Shown here piece after piece: positions 34,415 through 45,108 of a stretch of 58,456 bases of DNA. The position numbers and the translations under genes are program-made. Source of the DNA: Clostridia bacterium (GTDB taxonomy: Bacteria > Bacillota > Clostridia > Oscillospirales > SIG627); the NCBI GenBank assembly GCA_017414535.1, contig JAFQMA010000015.1:1-58456 (forward strand), read 5' to 3'. Positions within the stretch are counted from its first letter, which is position 1, and the number at the start of each line of letters is the position of its first letter. Below the pieces are notes generated by a model, which was given only the letters and a program-made list of their open reading frames with translations, made no database searches and was not told where the DNA came from.

Positions 34415-35764
34415 ATGAACAGGCTTTATGCCGGCTTCGGCCGTGTAGACATTACCCCCGCGCTGGGCACCCCCATCGACGGCTATTTCCACGAGCGCAT
34501 TTCCGAGGGCGTACTGGACCCGCTGGAGGCCGATGCACTGGCGCTCCGTTGCGGTGACAGCACCGTGGTGCTCATCAGCTTTGACTGCTGTGTACCCGAA
34601 ACGCCCGTACTGAATGCTTGCCGCAAGTCCGTTTCCGAGGCCCTTTCCATTCCCGTGGAGGCCATCTACATTCACGCCACCCACACCCATACCGGCGGCG
34701 ACGTGGATGATCCCGAAAAGACCGAAAACATCCTGATGAAGGAGTATTCCCACGCCATCGTGCGCCGTCTCACCGATGCGGCTCTCCTTGCCGTACGCGA
34801 CTTAAAGCCCGCCCGCATGGGCTACGGCGTAGGTAACGCACCCGGCGTGGCCTTTGTACGCCGCTTTATTATGAAGGACGGCTCCATCGCCACCAACCCC
34901 GGCGTCAACAACCCCAACATCGTCCGTCCCGTAGGCGAGGTGGACGAGAGAGTGAACGTGCTCCGCTTCGATCAGGAGGAGGGAAACAGCCTCGTTCTCG
35001 TCAACGTAGGCAATCACCCCGACGTGGTGGGCGGCAACCTCTTCAGTGCCGACTGGCCCGGTCAGCTCCGCGCCACCGTGGAAAAGATCCTGCCCAATTC
35101 CCGTTGCCTTTTCTTCAACGGCGCGCAGGGCGATATCAACCACGTGAACGTATTCCCCAAGGGCGGCTTCCTCAACGACACCTTTAACGATTTTGACGAC
35201 GTTTCCCGCGGCTACGGCCACGCCCGTTACATGGGTCGCGTGGTGGCAGGCGGCGTTCTGCAGGCCTACGATAAGGTACAGTACGTAGATGTGGAAAATA
35301 TCACCTACGTCAATCGCGTGGTGCAGGCAGCCAGCCAGATGCCCACCCCCGAAGAGATCCCCGAAGCCATCCACATCAACGATCTGCACAAGGCAGGCCG
35401 CGATGCCGAGCTGCCCTATCAGGGCATGATGCTCACCACCGTGGTAGCGGAAGCAGGCCGTATGGTGGCCCTGAAGGACGGCCCCGAAAGCTTCTCCCTC
35501 ACCCTGTCCGCCATTAAGGTAGGCCCCGTGGTATTCTTCGGCATTCCCGGCGAGCCCTTCAACGGCATCGGCCGTGCGCTCAAGGAGACCGAGGGCTTCG
35601 AAATGGTGCTGCCCACCTGTATTACCAACGGCAGCGAAGGCTATTTCCCCATGCAGGATTGCTACGACGAGGGCGGCTACGAGACCCGTTCTTCCTACTA
35701 CAAGGCAGGCATTGCCGAATTTATCATTGAGGAGGGCAAAAAGCTCCTCAATGAACTGAGGTAA
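34415..35764 (+). CDS. Neutral/alkaline ceramidase-like metallohydrolase (N-terminal-domain family), cytoplasmic, paralog 1
   Basis: GGAGGAG RBS. MNRLYAGFGRVDITP start with no signal peptide. HATHTHTGG and NGAQGDINH metal-site-like motifs. The upstream 176 codons of the track ORF are antisense to the GIY-YIG gene. Confidence 0.65.
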   Translation: MNRLYAGFGRVDITPALGTPIDGYFHERISEGVLDPLEADALALRCGDSTVVLISFDCCVPETPVLNACRKSVSEALSIPVEAIYIHATHTHTGGDVDDPEKTENILMKEYSHAIVRRLTDAALLAVRDLKPARMGYGVGNAPGVAFVRRFIMKDGSIATNPGVNNPNIVRPVGEVDERVNVLRFDQEEGNSLVLVNVGNHPDVVGGNLFSADWPGQLRATVEKILPNSRCLFFNGAQGDINHVNVFPKGGFLNDTFNDFDDVSRGYGHARYMGRVVAGGVLQAYDKVQYVDVENITYVNRVVQAASQMPTPEEIPEAIHINDLHKAGRDAELPYQGMMLTTVVAEAGRMVALKDGPESFSLTLSAIKVGPVVFFGIPGEPFNGIGRALKETEGFEMVLPTCITNGSEGYFPMQDCYDEGGYETRSSYYKAGIAEFIIEEGKKLLNELR

Positions 35765-35787
35765 CGGAAAGAACGAAGGAGAAGATC

Positions 35788-37119
35788 ATGAACAAGCTTT
35801 ACGCAGGCTTTGCCACCACGGATATTACCCCCGCTATGGGCACCCCCATCAAGGGCTACTACGTCGAACGCTTTGTGGAAGGCGTTTTGGATCGTCTCTC
35901 CGTCCACGCCCTTTGCCTGCAGGCAGGAGAAAAGAAGGTCGTGCTCATCAGCTGCGATCTGGTGGGCGTTCCCACCAACATAGGCAAGGAGACCTGCGCG
36001 CTGGTGGCGGAAGCGATGCATATTCCCGTGGAGGCCGTCTATCTCCACGGCACGCATACCCACACCGGCCCCTCTCTCCATGAGGATCACCCGCTGGTCA
36101 ACGAATACGTCGCCTTTTTCAAAAAGCGCGTGGTGCAGGCGGCTCTCTTGGCCGAGCAGGATCTCAAGCCCGCCCGCATGGGCTACGGCATCGGCCGCGC
36201 CCCCAACGTTTCCTTCGTGCGCCGCTTCCGTATGAAGGACGGCTCCGTGGCTACCAATCCCGGTGTGAATAACCCCAATATCCTCCACCCCATCGGCGTC
36301 ATTGACGACCGCGTCAGCGTGGTGCGCTTTGACCGCGAGGGTGACAGCGTGGTGCTGGTCAACTTTGCCAACCATCCCGATACCGTGGGCGGCAGTCTTG
36401 TCAGCGGCGACTGGCCTTACTTCCTCCGCGAGACCGTGGAGCGCGCCCTGCCGGATACCCGTTGCATCTTCTTCAACGGCGCACAGGGCGATATCAACCA
36501 CGTCAACGTGTTCCCCACGGGCGGCTATCTCAACGACACCTTCAACGATTTTGACGACGTATCCCGCGGCTACAAGCACACCCGCTACATCGGCCGCGTG
36601 GTGGCGGCAGGCGTTCTGCAGGCCTTCGATAAGGTGCAGTACGTGGACGTAGAGGATCTTGCCTTCGGCCACCGCAGCTTCGAAGCCCCCAGCCAGATGC
36701 CCACCCCCGAGGAGCTGCCCGAGGCCATTCTCATCAACGAGCTGCACGTGACCGGCCGCGACGCCGAGCTGCCCTATCAGGGCATGATGCTCACCACCAT
36801 GGTGGCCGACGCCGCCCGCAAGGTGCGCCTGAAGGACGGCCCCGCCTCCTTCCCCATGACCCTCTCCGCCGTTCGCGTAGGCCCCGTGGCCTTTCTCGGC
36901 ATCCCCGGCGAGCCCTTCAACGGCATCGGCCGTGCCATTAAGGAGACCGAGGGATTTGACATGGTGATCCCCACCTGTCTCACCTGCGGCTATCAGGGCT
37001 ATTTCCCCATGCAGGATGCCTACGACGAGGGCGGCTACGAGGCTCGCTCCTCCAATTACAAGGCAGGCATCGCCGAGCTCATCGTCTCCGAGGCACAGAA
37101 GCTTCTGGCCACGTTATAA
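35788..37119 (+). CDS. Neutral/alkaline ceramidase-like metallohydrolase, paralog 2
   Basis: Collinear with paralog 1 (MNKLYAGFATTDITP, HGTHTHTGP, NGAQGDINH). Tandem, with a 23-nt gap. Confidence 0.65.
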   Translation: MNKLYAGFATTDITPAMGTPIKGYYVERFVEGVLDRLSVHALCLQAGEKKVVLISCDLVGVPTNIGKETCALVAEAMHIPVEAVYLHGTHTHTGPSLHEDHPLVNEYVAFFKKRVVQAALLAEQDLKPARMGYGIGRAPNVSFVRRFRMKDGSVATNPGVNNPNILHPIGVIDDRVSVVRFDREGDSVVLVNFANHPDTVGGSLVSGDWPYFLRETVERALPDTRCIFFNGAQGDINHVNVFPTGGYLNDTFNDFDDVSRGYKHTRYIGRVVAAGVLQAFDKVQYVDVEDLAFGHRSFEAPSQMPTPEELPEAILINELHVTGRDAELPYQGMMLTTMVADAARKVRLKDGPASFPMTLSAVRVGPVAFLGIPGEPFNGIGRAIKETEGFDMVIPTCLTCGYQGYFPMQDAYDEGGYEARSSNYKAGIAELIVSEAQKLLATL

Positions 37120-37131
37120 GAATTTGTATTT

Positions 37132-37243
37132 TGCGGGGGAGAACCTTTTTGAAAAAGGCTTCTCCCCCGCACCCCTTTTCCAAAAACTTTTATTTTTTTC
37201 TTTATGCAAGCAAAAAGAGACCGAAACTTCGGTCTCTTTTTTG
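37132..37243 (+). repeat. Composite terminator repeat, copy C (its second hairpin is the uninterrupted GAGACCGAA stem)
   Basis: GCGGGGGAGAACCTTTTTGAAAAAGGCTTCTCCCCCGC hairpin, CCCTTTTCCAAAAACTTTT box, then AAAAAGAGACCGAA-AC-TTCGGTCTCTTTTTT (37212-42). Confidence 0.75.
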
Positions 37244-37252
37244 TTTTTTGCG

Positions 37253-38278
37253 TTATTTCGTCTTTAACGTGGCAAAGAGGGTGTCCGTATCCTTGGTGAC
37301 GGCGAAAAAGAGAGTGGTGCCGTCGGCGGAAAAGGCAGGTGAAGCGGCGGGATGGCCGTAATCGCTGTCGAAGCGTGTCAGCTCCTCCCCCGTCTCCATG
37401 GAATACACCGTCACCGTACCGCCCTCGCCCACACGGCGGGTACCGCAGAGAAGGGTGCCGTCGGCACTTACAGCCACGTCGTCAAAGGGCGTTTCGGCGG
37501 AAAAGCTGCGGGTGATGCCCTCCTCGGGATCCCGATAGAGATACACCGCCGAGCCGTCGTCGGGGAGGCTTTCGAAGAGAAAGGCCGTGCCGCCCAGGGG
37601 GGTTACCCGATCGTATACGAAGGGCACCGTGCGTTCGGGCACGGTCTTGCCGTATTCAAAATAGGCCATGCCCGTGAAGGCACCCTCCTTCTCGGTGGCG
37701 TACCAGATGCGCCGTCCGTCCTTGGATACGCCCAGCACGCGGGAAAAATCGGGCAGCTCCGCCGTATCGGCCAGCACCAGGGTCTCCTTCAGATCGGCAG
37801 GCAACAGCACCAAAAGGGATCCCCTCTCCCCGATCATGGACAGCGCAGGATGGATCACCCCATCGGTCAGATCCGCCTCGGGCCGCTCCAGCCTCGTGGC
37901 GGAGCCCTCCTTTAAAAAGAGCAGATAGGCCTCGGTCTCGGTAAAAAGCAGGGCTCTGTCCCGCTCCGTCTCCATGACCCGCACCGATGCGGGTGCGCCT
38001 GCCGCCGTTAAGATCCGTTCGGCGGAAACGCTTCTGGAGGGAGACACAAATCCTGCGGAAAAGCCCTTGTCCGAGGGATGCACGTAAAGAAAGCCGTCGG
38101 ACAGAGGGAGATACACCGCTTCAAGGGCATCGCCGCCTCCTTGGGGCAACGCCATGCGAAAAAGGGGCTCCGCGGCGGCGGAAGGGCCGCTCTCCCCCGT
38201 CACAGCCTCCCCGTCACCACAGGCGGCAAGGGAGAGCAGCATAAAAAATGCCAAGCAAAGAGAGAAGATCTTTTTCAT
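37253..38278 (-). CDS. Lipoprotein with PD40/TolB-like beta-propeller repeats
   Basis: Start MKKIFSLCLAFFMLLSLAAC (lipobox). SKDGRRIWYAT / SADGTLLCG / SADGTTLFFAV repeats. Confidence 0.7.
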   Translation of the reverse strand: MKKIFSLCLAFFMLLSLAACGDGEAVTGESGPSAAAEPLFRMALPQGGGDALEAVYLPLSDGFLYVHPSDKGFSAGFVSPSRSVSAERILTAAGAPASVRVMETERDRALLFTETEAYLLFLKEGSATRLERPEADLTDGVIHPALSMIGERGSLLVLLPADLKETLVLADTAELPDFSRVLGVSKDGRRIWYATEKEGAFTGMAYFEYGKTVPERTVPFVYDRVTPLGGTAFLFESLPDDGSAVYLYRDPEEGITRSFSAETPFDDVAVSADGTLLCGTRRVGEGGTVTVYSMETGEELTRFDSDYGHPAASPAFSADGTTLFFAVTKDTDTLFATLKTK

Positions 38279-38357
38279 AAAAACCTCACTTTCACGTATC
38301 AATATACCATATTTGCGGAAAATATGGTTAAGAATTTGTGAATTGAAGGGAGTCGCC

Positions 38358-39053
38358 ATGAATCACGACGAAAGAGAAGAAGCCCTGGGTGAAGAAAGAG
38401 CATCCTGCCCCGCCGAGGGGGAGACCCCGTGGAATCGGGTCATCACAGGAGAGGGCGTTCGCATCCAGACCATCCCCATCATCGGACAGATCGAGGGACA
38501 CGCCGTCCTGCCGCCACCTGCCAAGACCACCAAATACGAGCATCTTTTGCCGGAGCTGGTGCTGGCGGAGGAATCGGAGGAGGTAGACGGGGTACTGTTC
38601 CTCATCAACACCGTAGGAGGAGACGTGGAGGCGGGCCTTGCCATGGCGGAAATGATCGCGGGCATGACCAAGCCCACCTGCTCGCTGGTGCTGGGCGGCG
38701 GTCACTCCATCGGCATTCCCCTGGCGGTGGCGGCAGACCGCGCCTATATGGCGGAAAGCGCCACCATGACCGTCCATCCCGTGCGCATCAACGGCCTCGT
38801 TTTGGGCGTGCCCCAGAGCTTTGAATACCTGACCCGTATGCAGGAGCGCATCGAAGCCTTCATCCTCGCCCATTCCCGCATTGCCCCCGAGGTCTTTCGC
38901 CGCTTTCTTACCGGACACAGTGATATGGCCACGGACATCGGCTCCATTCTGTCGGGACGGGAGGCAGCCGCCTCGGGGCTGGTGGACGGGGTCGCCTCCT
39001 TCGGGCAGGTCATGGCCCACTTGAAAAAAATGGCAAAACAGAAAAAAGGCTGA
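38358..39053 (+). CDS. ClpP-family protein, TepA-like
   Basis: GAAGGGAG RBS. FLINTVGGDVEAGLAMAEMI matches the ClpP INSPGG..AGLAIYD block. 231 aa. Confidence 0.7.
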   Translation: MNHDEREEALGEERASCPAEGETPWNRVITGEGVRIQTIPIIGQIEGHAVLPPPAKTTKYEHLLPELVLAEESEEVDGVLFLINTVGGDVEAGLAMAEMIAGMTKPTCSLVLGGGHSIGIPLAVAADRAYMAESATMTVHPVRINGLVLGVPQSFEYLTRMQERIEAFILAHSRIAPEVFRRFLTGHSDMATDIGSILSGREAAASGLVDGVASFGQVMAHLKKMAKQKKG

Positions 39054-39081
39054 CTTTATTGGCACTTTTCGGGATTTTTTC

Positions 39082-39110
39082 TTGACAGTACACCTCCTTT
39101 GCGGTATAAT
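39082..39110 (+). promoter_or_regulatory. Sigma-A-type promoter of rny
   Basis: TTGACA, 17-nt spacer, TATAAT. Confidence 0.7.
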
Positions 39111-39201
39111 AAAAGGGCGTATTGTATATGCGTCATTATGAAATCTTTTTCCGATTGATCCATCAATCGTAACGAACGTAAAGGAGGTGTCAGATTACAT
39201 A

Positions 39202-40752
39202 ATGGGACCCATTGAGATCGCTGTTTGTGCGGGAGCCTCGGTGCTTACCCTGCTGGTTGGATTCTTCTGCGGCGTCGTTTACCGTAAACGCATTGCCGAA
39301 AAGAAGATCGGTACCGCAGAGGGTCAGGCCGCCCGCATCGTAGAAGAAGCCCGCAAAACGGGTGAACAGAAGAAAAAAGAGCTCCTCTTGGAAGCCAAGG
39401 AAGAAGCCCTGAGAAACAAGAATGAAGTGGATCGGGAGATCAAGGAGCGCAGAAACGAGGTTTCCCGTCTGGAGAAGCGTGCCATCCAGAAGGAGGAGAC
39501 CTTAGACCGCAAGCTGGAAAACCTGGAGCGCAAGGAAGAAAACCTGGAGCGCAAGGTAAAAGAGAACGACGCCCTCCGCTGTGAGCTGGAGGAGCTGAAG
39601 CAGCAGGAGCTGGCCGTTCTTGAGAAATGTGCAGGCATCAGCGGAGAGGAAGCCAAGAACATCCTCTTCACCCGCTTTGAGGAGGACGCCAAGCGCGCCG
39701 CCTCCATCCGCATGGCGGAGATCGAGCAGGAGCTGAAGGAGACCTGTGAGGACAAGGCAAGAGACCTGATCACCTCGGCCATCCAGCGCATTGCCGCCAA
39801 CCACGTGACCGAAGCTACCGTTTCCGTGGTGGCCCTGCCCAACGACGATATGAAGGGCAGACTCATCGGCCGCGAGGGCAGAAACATCCGCACCATCGAG
39901 ACCCTGACGGGCGTTGACCTCATCATCGACGATACCCCCGAGGCCATCACCCTCTCCAGCTTTGATCCCATGCGCCGCGAGGTAGCAAGACTGACCATCG
40001 AAAAGCTCATGATCGACGGCCGTATCCATCCCGCCCGCATTGAGGAGACCGTGGAAAAATCCCGCAAGGAAGTGGAGGCCACCATCAAGAGCGAGGGTGA
40101 GCAGGCCGTTCTCTCCTGCGGCATCCACAGCATGAATTCCGAGCTGATCCGCCTGCTCGGTCGCTTGAAATACCGCACCAGCTACGGTCAGAACGTGCTG
40201 AAGCACTCCGTAGAGGTGTCTTACATCGCCGGTATGATCGCCGACGAGCTGGGCGTTGACCCCGCACTGGCCAGAAGAGCGGGTCTGCTGCACGATATCG
40301 GCAAGGCCCTCAACCATGAGGTAGAGGGAAGCCACACCCAGATCGGTGCGGACATTGCCAAGAAGTACCGCGAGAACAAGGACGTGATCCACGCCATCGA
40401 GGCACACCACAACGATATCGAGCCTCAGACGCTGGTGGCCGTTATCGTACAGGCCGCCGATGCCGTTTCTGCCGCCCGTCCCGGTGCCCGCAGAGAAAAT
40501 CTGGAAAGCTACATCAAGCGTCTCCAGAAGCTGGAGGAGATCGCCAACTCCTACAACGGCGTTGAGAAATCCTTTGCCATTCAGGCAGGCCGCGAGCTGC
40601 GCCTCATGGTGAAGCCTGAGATCGTCAACGACGAAAATATGGCCTTCATCGCCCACGACATCGCCCGCAAGATCGAGGCCGAGATGGAATATCCCGGACA
40701 GATCAAGATCCACGTGATCCGCGAGAGCCGTGCGGTAGAATATGCTAAATAA
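39202..40752 (+). CDS. rny: Ribonuclease Y
   Basis: N-terminal TM helix, coiled-coil region, KH domain and HD domain (LLHDIGKAL). 516 aa. Confidence 0.93.
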   Translation: MGPIEIAVCAGASVLTLLVGFFCGVVYRKRIAEKKIGTAEGQAARIVEEARKTGEQKKKELLLEAKEEALRNKNEVDREIKERRNEVSRLEKRAIQKEETLDRKLENLERKEENLERKVKENDALRCELEELKQQELAVLEKCAGISGEEAKNILFTRFEEDAKRAASIRMAEIEQELKETCEDKARDLITSAIQRIAANHVTEATVSVVALPNDDMKGRLIGREGRNIRTIETLTGVDLIIDDTPEAITLSSFDPMRREVARLTIEKLMIDGRIHPARIEETVEKSRKEVEATIKSEGEQAVLSCGIHSMNSELIRLLGRLKYRTSYGQNVLKHSVEVSYIAGMIADELGVDPALARRAGLLHDIGKALNHEVEGSHTQIGADIAKKYRENKDVIHAIEAHHNDIEPQTLVAVIVQAADAVSAARPGARRENLESYIKRLQKLEEIANSYNGVEKSFAIQAGRELRLMVKPEIVNDENMAFIAHDIARKIEAEMEYPGQIKIHVIRESRAVEYAK

Positions 40753-40770
40753 GCTTAGAAAAGAACTTCT

Positions 40771-41565
40771 ATGAAAACCATGACCTTTCGCCTTCTGGCG
40801 CTGGGAGACGTGGTGGGGGAGAGCGCTTGTCTCGCCCTGCGCCGCCGCCTTCCCTCCCTTCGGAAGGAACTGGGGGCAGATCTTGTTGTGGCAAACGGAG
40901 AAAACTCCGCCGCCCGCAACGGCATCCGTCCCGAAACTGCCGAGCTGTTATATGCCGCAGGAGTGGATCTTGTAACCACGGGAAATCACGTTTTCAGGCG
41001 AAGAGAGATCTATGATTTTCTGGACGGAGCAGGATCCCTGCTCCGTCCTTGTAATTTCCCCGGCTCCTGCCCGGGCAGAGGCTATACCGTCCTCAATATC
41101 TCCGGCTTGAGAGTGCTGGCCGTCAATCTTTTGGGCACCCTCTTCATGGAGGCCCTTGCCTCCCCCTTCGAGACCATGGAGAAGATCCTCCGTACCGAAG
41201 AGGGTAAATACGATTTTGCCATTTGCGACCTTCATGCGGAGGCCACCAGTGAAAAGCGCGCCTTCGCCTGCCACTTCGATTCCCGCCTGGCCGCCGTATT
41301 CGGCACCCACACCCACGTGCAAACGGCGGACGAGACCGTTCTGTCGGGCGGCACGGGCTTTATTACGGATCTTGGTATGTGCGGCAGCACGCGGGGCGTT
41401 CTCGGCATGAAAAAGGAGATTGGCGTGGGACGCTTTCTCACCCATATGCCCACCCCCTACGAGACTGAAACGGGCGATATGGAGGCGCAGGGTGCCCTCT
41501 TCGAGATCGACCCCACCACGGGGCGTTGTCTGAAGGTGGAGCGCGTGCGCGCTTCGCTGGAATGA
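40771..41565 (+). CDS. ymdB: YmdB-family metallophosphoesterase (2',3'-cyclic-nucleotide phosphodiesterase)
   Basis: LALGDVVG...VVANGENSA...GNH motifs. Conserved position downstream of rny. Confidence 0.88.
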   Translation: MKTMTFRLLALGDVVGESACLALRRRLPSLRKELGADLVVANGENSAARNGIRPETAELLYAAGVDLVTTGNHVFRRREIYDFLDGAGSLLRPCNFPGSCPGRGYTVLNISGLRVLAVNLLGTLFMEALASPFETMEKILRTEEGKYDFAICDLHAEATSEKRAFACHFDSRLAAVFGTHTHVQTADETVLSGGTGFITDLGMCGSTRGVLGMKKEIGVGRFLTHMPTPYETETGDMEAQGALFEIDPTTGRCLKVERVRASLE

Positions 41566-41575
41566 GGTGGCATCC

Positions 41576-44500
41576 ATGACGGAGCTTCTTTCCGCCCTGC
41601 AAGGGGAAAAGGAATTTCAAAGCCTCATCTCCGCTCTGAAAAAGGAAGATCGACCCGTGCTGGTCAGCGGCATCAGCTCCTCCCTGCGAGAGCTGTTCCC
41701 CGCCTCGGTTCTTTCCGCCTTAGGCGGGCGGGCCGTCCTCGTTTTGCCCGAGGAGAGCGAGGCCATCTCCTTCCACCGTGATCTGTCCACCGTATTTGAC
41801 AGAGTCCTTTTTTATCCCGCCCGCGACCACCATCTGGTGCGGGTAGATTCGGAAAGCTCGGATTTTTCCGTTCAGCGCCTTTCCGTTCTTCACGCCCTTC
41901 ATACGGGGGAATTTGATTGCATCGTCACCACAGCCGCTGCGCTATGTCAGACGACCCTCCCCCCCGAGCTCTTTGCCAAGGGAGAATTTGCCGTTTCCGT
42001 GGGGGATACCCTCCCCAAGGAGGAGCTGCTTTCCCGCCTGATCGCCTGCGGCTACACCCGCTGTGACCGCGTAGAGGGCAAGGGACAGCTTGCCACCCGC
42101 GGCGATCTGATCGACGTCTTTTTGCCCACCGAGGAAAAGCCCGTCCGCATCGAGCTTTTCGGCGACGAGGTGGATGCCATGGGGTATTTCGATCCCTTCA
42201 CACAGCGCCGCGTGGAAAACACAGGCTCCGTACGTCTCCTCCCCGCCAAGGAATTTCCCTTTGACGAGGGCGAGCGGGAGACCCTTTGCACCTACCTTGC
42301 GGAGGCGGTAGAAAAGACCCGCCCCGAGGAAAAGGAAAAGCGCGTTTTTCTGCGGGAAACGGCGGAGCGCATCCGCACGGGGCTTTCCTTTGCGGAGGAT
42401 CTGTTCCTGCCCTTGGTGTACCGCTTTGCCACCTTATTTGACTATCTCAAGGACGAGACCGTCTTTCTTTTCGACCTGACCCATCAGGAGGAGGCCCTGC
42501 GCAGAGCCGAAGCCCTCTTTTTAGAGGAGGTGCGGGTGCTGGCGGAGGAAAACCGCACCCTGCTCCCCCCCGAGGATCTGCGATGGGGACTGAGCAGTGA
42601 GGAATATTTTGCCCGCCTTTCCGAGAAGCGCTGCGTCATGACGGAGCATTTCTTTGCAGGCAAGAGCCTTCTTGCCCCCAGCGGCATCTTCTCCTTCCGC
42701 ACCCGCACGGGCACCACGGGCTTTCAGGATATGCCCCGCTTAAAGGAGGAGCTTTCCACCCTGTGGCAGGAGGGCTACCGCACCCTGCTTCTGTGCGACC
42801 ATTCCATGGCAGCCGAAAGCCTTTCCGACTATTTTTCCGAAAACGGCATCCGCCACGGCAAGCCCGCAGAGGGCGAGCCCCTTCCCGCGGAGACCGCCCT
42901 GCTTCTGACCCGCTCCGCACGGGGCGCGAGCCTTGTTCGCCACGGCTTTGAGCTGGCCGATTCCCGCATCGCTCTTCTTTGCGACGGCGGAGGGGAGCGC
43001 AAGCTGAAAAAGCGCCGTGCCCCCCGTACCGATCGTCCTGCGGGCGAGCGCATCCTATCCTATCAGGATCTGGAGACAGGGGATTACGTGGTCCACCGCA
43101 GTCACGGCATCGGCGTATTCCAAGGCGTGGAGAGCATGAAGAGCGCCGACGGAAGCCGCAAGGATTTCATCAAGATCTCTTACTTGGGCTCGGACGTTTT
43201 GTACGTACCCTGCTCCAATTTAGACGCCGTCACCAAATACATCGGCCCCAAAAGCGATTCCGACACCTTAAAGCTCAGCCGTCTGGGCGGTAAGGACTGG
43301 CAGACGGCCAAAAGCCGCGCCAAGAAAAGCGCGAAAAATATCGCCAAGGAGCTGGTGGCCCTTTACGCCGACCGTCAGAAGCGCAAGGGCTACGCCTTCA
43401 GCCCCGACACGGCCTGGCAGGCGGAATTTGAAGATGCCTTCCCCTACGGCGAAACGGAGGATCAGCTCCGCGCCACCCGTGAGATCAAGGAGGACATGGA
43501 GAAGGAGCGCCCCATGGACCGCCTCCTCTGCGGCGACGTGGGCTTCGGCAAGACCGAGGTGGCTCTGCGCGGCGTATTCAAATGCGTCATGGATGGAAAG
43601 CAGGCCGCCATTCTCGTGCCCACCACCATCCTGGCCTGGCAGCATTATCAGACCATGCTCAGCCGCTTCAAGGGCTATCCCGTCCGCATCGAAATGCTCT
43701 CCCGCTTCCGCTCCAAAAAGGAGCAGGAGGTCATCCTGAAAAAGCTGAAGGAGGGGCAGATCGACATTCTGGTGGGTACCCACCGCCTGCTGCAAAGGGA
43801 CGTGGAATTTGCCGATCTGGGCTTTCTCGTTATCGACGAGGAGCAGCGCTTCGGCGTGACCCATAAGGAACGGCTCAAGGAAATGAGCCGCGACGTGGAC
43901 GTGCTCACCCTCTCCGCTACCCCCATCCCCCGCACCATGAATATGGCGCTGGGCGGCATCAAGGACATGAGCCTTCTGGAGGAGGCGCCCGAGGATCGCT
44001 TCCCCGTGCAGACCTACGTTCTGGAATACGACCGCGGCCTCATTTTGGAGGCTATGCACCGCGAGCTGCGCCGCGGCGGTCAGGTCCTTTACTTAAACAA
44101 CAATATCGATGAGCTTTTGGCCCTGGCCCCCGCCATGGAACGGGAATTCCCCGAGGCGGGCATTGCCGTGGCACACGGCAAGATGGATAAGGAAAAGCTC
44201 TCCGACGTATGGCGTGCCATGATGGATAAGGAGATCGACGTGCTCCTTTGCACCACCATCATCGAAACGGGCGTTGACCTGCCCGATGCCAACACCCTCA
44301 TTGTGGAAAACGCCGACCGCTTCGGCCTTTCCCAGCTCCATCAGATCCGCGGCCGCGTGGGACGCAGTGACCGCAAGGCGCGGGCGTATCTGACCTACCG
44401 TCGGGGCAAGGTGCTCAGCGAGGTCTCCGTAAAACGCCTGGAGGCCATTCGGGAATATACCCGCTTCGGCTCCGGCTTTAAGATCGCCCTGCGGGATCTG

Positions 44501-45085
44501 GAGATCCGCGGGGCGGGCAACCTTTTGGGTGCCGAGCAATCCGGGCATCTTGACAGCGTAGGTTATGATATGTATATGAGGATCCTGCAGGAGGCCGTGC
44601 TGGAGGAAAAGGGCGAGGTCGTTCCCGAAAAGAGCGACTGCGTGGTGGATCTGTCACTGGACGGCTTCATCCCCGGCTCCTACGTGCCCACCCCCGGCAC
44701 CCGCATGGAGCTGTATCGCAAGATCGCCTCCGTGCGCACCAAGGAGGACGTGGCCGACCTGACGGACGAAATGCTGGATCGCTTCGGCGATATCCCAAAG
44801 ACCGTGCAAAATCTCTTTGCCGTCTCCCTCTGCCGTGCCAAGGCGGAGAGGATCCTGTGCGAAAAGATCACCCAGCGGGGTCACACCCTGCACTTTATCT
44901 TTACCCGCGCCGAGGAGGGCGCCCTGCTGCTTCTGTCGGCAGTCTACGCCTCCCGACTGAGTCTGGATCTGGTGGGCAAGCCCACCCTGAGGCTCACCTT
45001 CCCCGAGAAGCAAAGCCCCGTGGATGCGGCAGAGGAGCTTCTCGATCATCTCACCTCCTTTACCGAGGAAGTGAAAAAACCGTAA
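41576..45085 (+). CDS. mfd: Transcription-repair coupling factor
   Basis: GAGGTGG RBS 5 nt before ATG 41576; GTG 41567 is an alternative start. Helicase motifs GDVGFGKTEV and VIDEEQRFGV, plus a CarD-like RID. Confidence 0.93.
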   Translation: MTELLSALQGEKEFQSLISALKKEDRPVLVSGISSSLRELFPASVLSALGGRAVLVLPEESEAISFHRDLSTVFDRVLFYPARDHHLVRVDSESSDFSVQRLSVLHALHTGEFDCIVTTAAALCQTTLPPELFAKGEFAVSVGDTLPKEELLSRLIACGYTRCDRVEGKGQLATRGDLIDVFLPTEEKPVRIELFGDEVDAMGYFDPFTQRRVENTGSVRLLPAKEFPFDEGERETLCTYLAEAVEKTRPEEKEKRVFLRETAERIRTGLSFAEDLFLPLVYRFATLFDYLKDETVFLFDLTHQEEALRRAEALFLEEVRVLAEENRTLLPPEDLRWGLSSEEYFARLSEKRCVMTEHFFAGKSLLAPSGIFSFRTRTGTTGFQDMPRLKEELSTLWQEGYRTLLLCDHSMAAESLSDYFSENGIRHGKPAEGEPLPAETALLLTRSARGASLVRHGFELADSRIALLCDGGGERKLKKRRAPRTDRPAGERILSYQDLETGDYVVHRSHGIGVFQGVESMKSADGSRKDFIKISYLGSDVLYVPCSNLDAVTKYIGPKSDSDTLKLSRLGGKDWQTAKSRAKKSAKNIAKELVALYADRQKRKGYAFSPDTAWQAEFEDAFPYGETEDQLRATREIKEDMEKERPMDRLLCGDVGFGKTEVALRGVFKCVMDGKQAAILVPTTILAWQHYQTMLSRFKGYPVRIEMLSRFRSKKEQEVILKKLKEGQIDILVGTHRLLQRDVEFADLGFLVIDEEQRFGVTHKERLKEMSRDVDVLTLSATPIPRTMNMALGGIKDMSLLEEAPEDRFPVQTYVLEYDRGLILEAMHRELRRGGQVLYLNNNIDELLALAPAMEREFPEAGIAVAHGKMDKEKLSDVWRAMMDKEIDVLLCTTIIETGVDLPDANTLIVENADRFGLSQLHQIRGRVGRSDRKARAYLTYRRGKVLSEVSVKRLEAIREYTRFGSGFKIALRDLEIRGAGNLLGAEQSGHLDSVGYDMYMRILQEAVLEEKGEVVPEKSDCVVDLSLDGFIPGSYVPTPGTRMELYRKIASVRTKEDVADLTDEMLDRFGDIPKTVQNLFAVSLCRAKAERILCEKITQRGHTLHFIFTRAEEGALLLLSAVYASRLSLDLVGKPTLRLTFPEKQSPVDAAEELLDHLTSFTEEVKKP

Positions 45086-45108
45086 CTTGCTGAAAGGAAA
45101 TCCAAGCT

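Noticed and set aside
34802-36747. Minus-strand ORFs 34802..35389 and 35698..36747
   Set aside because: Antisense shadows of the two ceramidase-like genes.
39324-40713. Minus-strand ORFs 39324..40178 and 39502..40713
   Set aside because: Antisense to rny, whose sense frame has TM, KH and HD domains.
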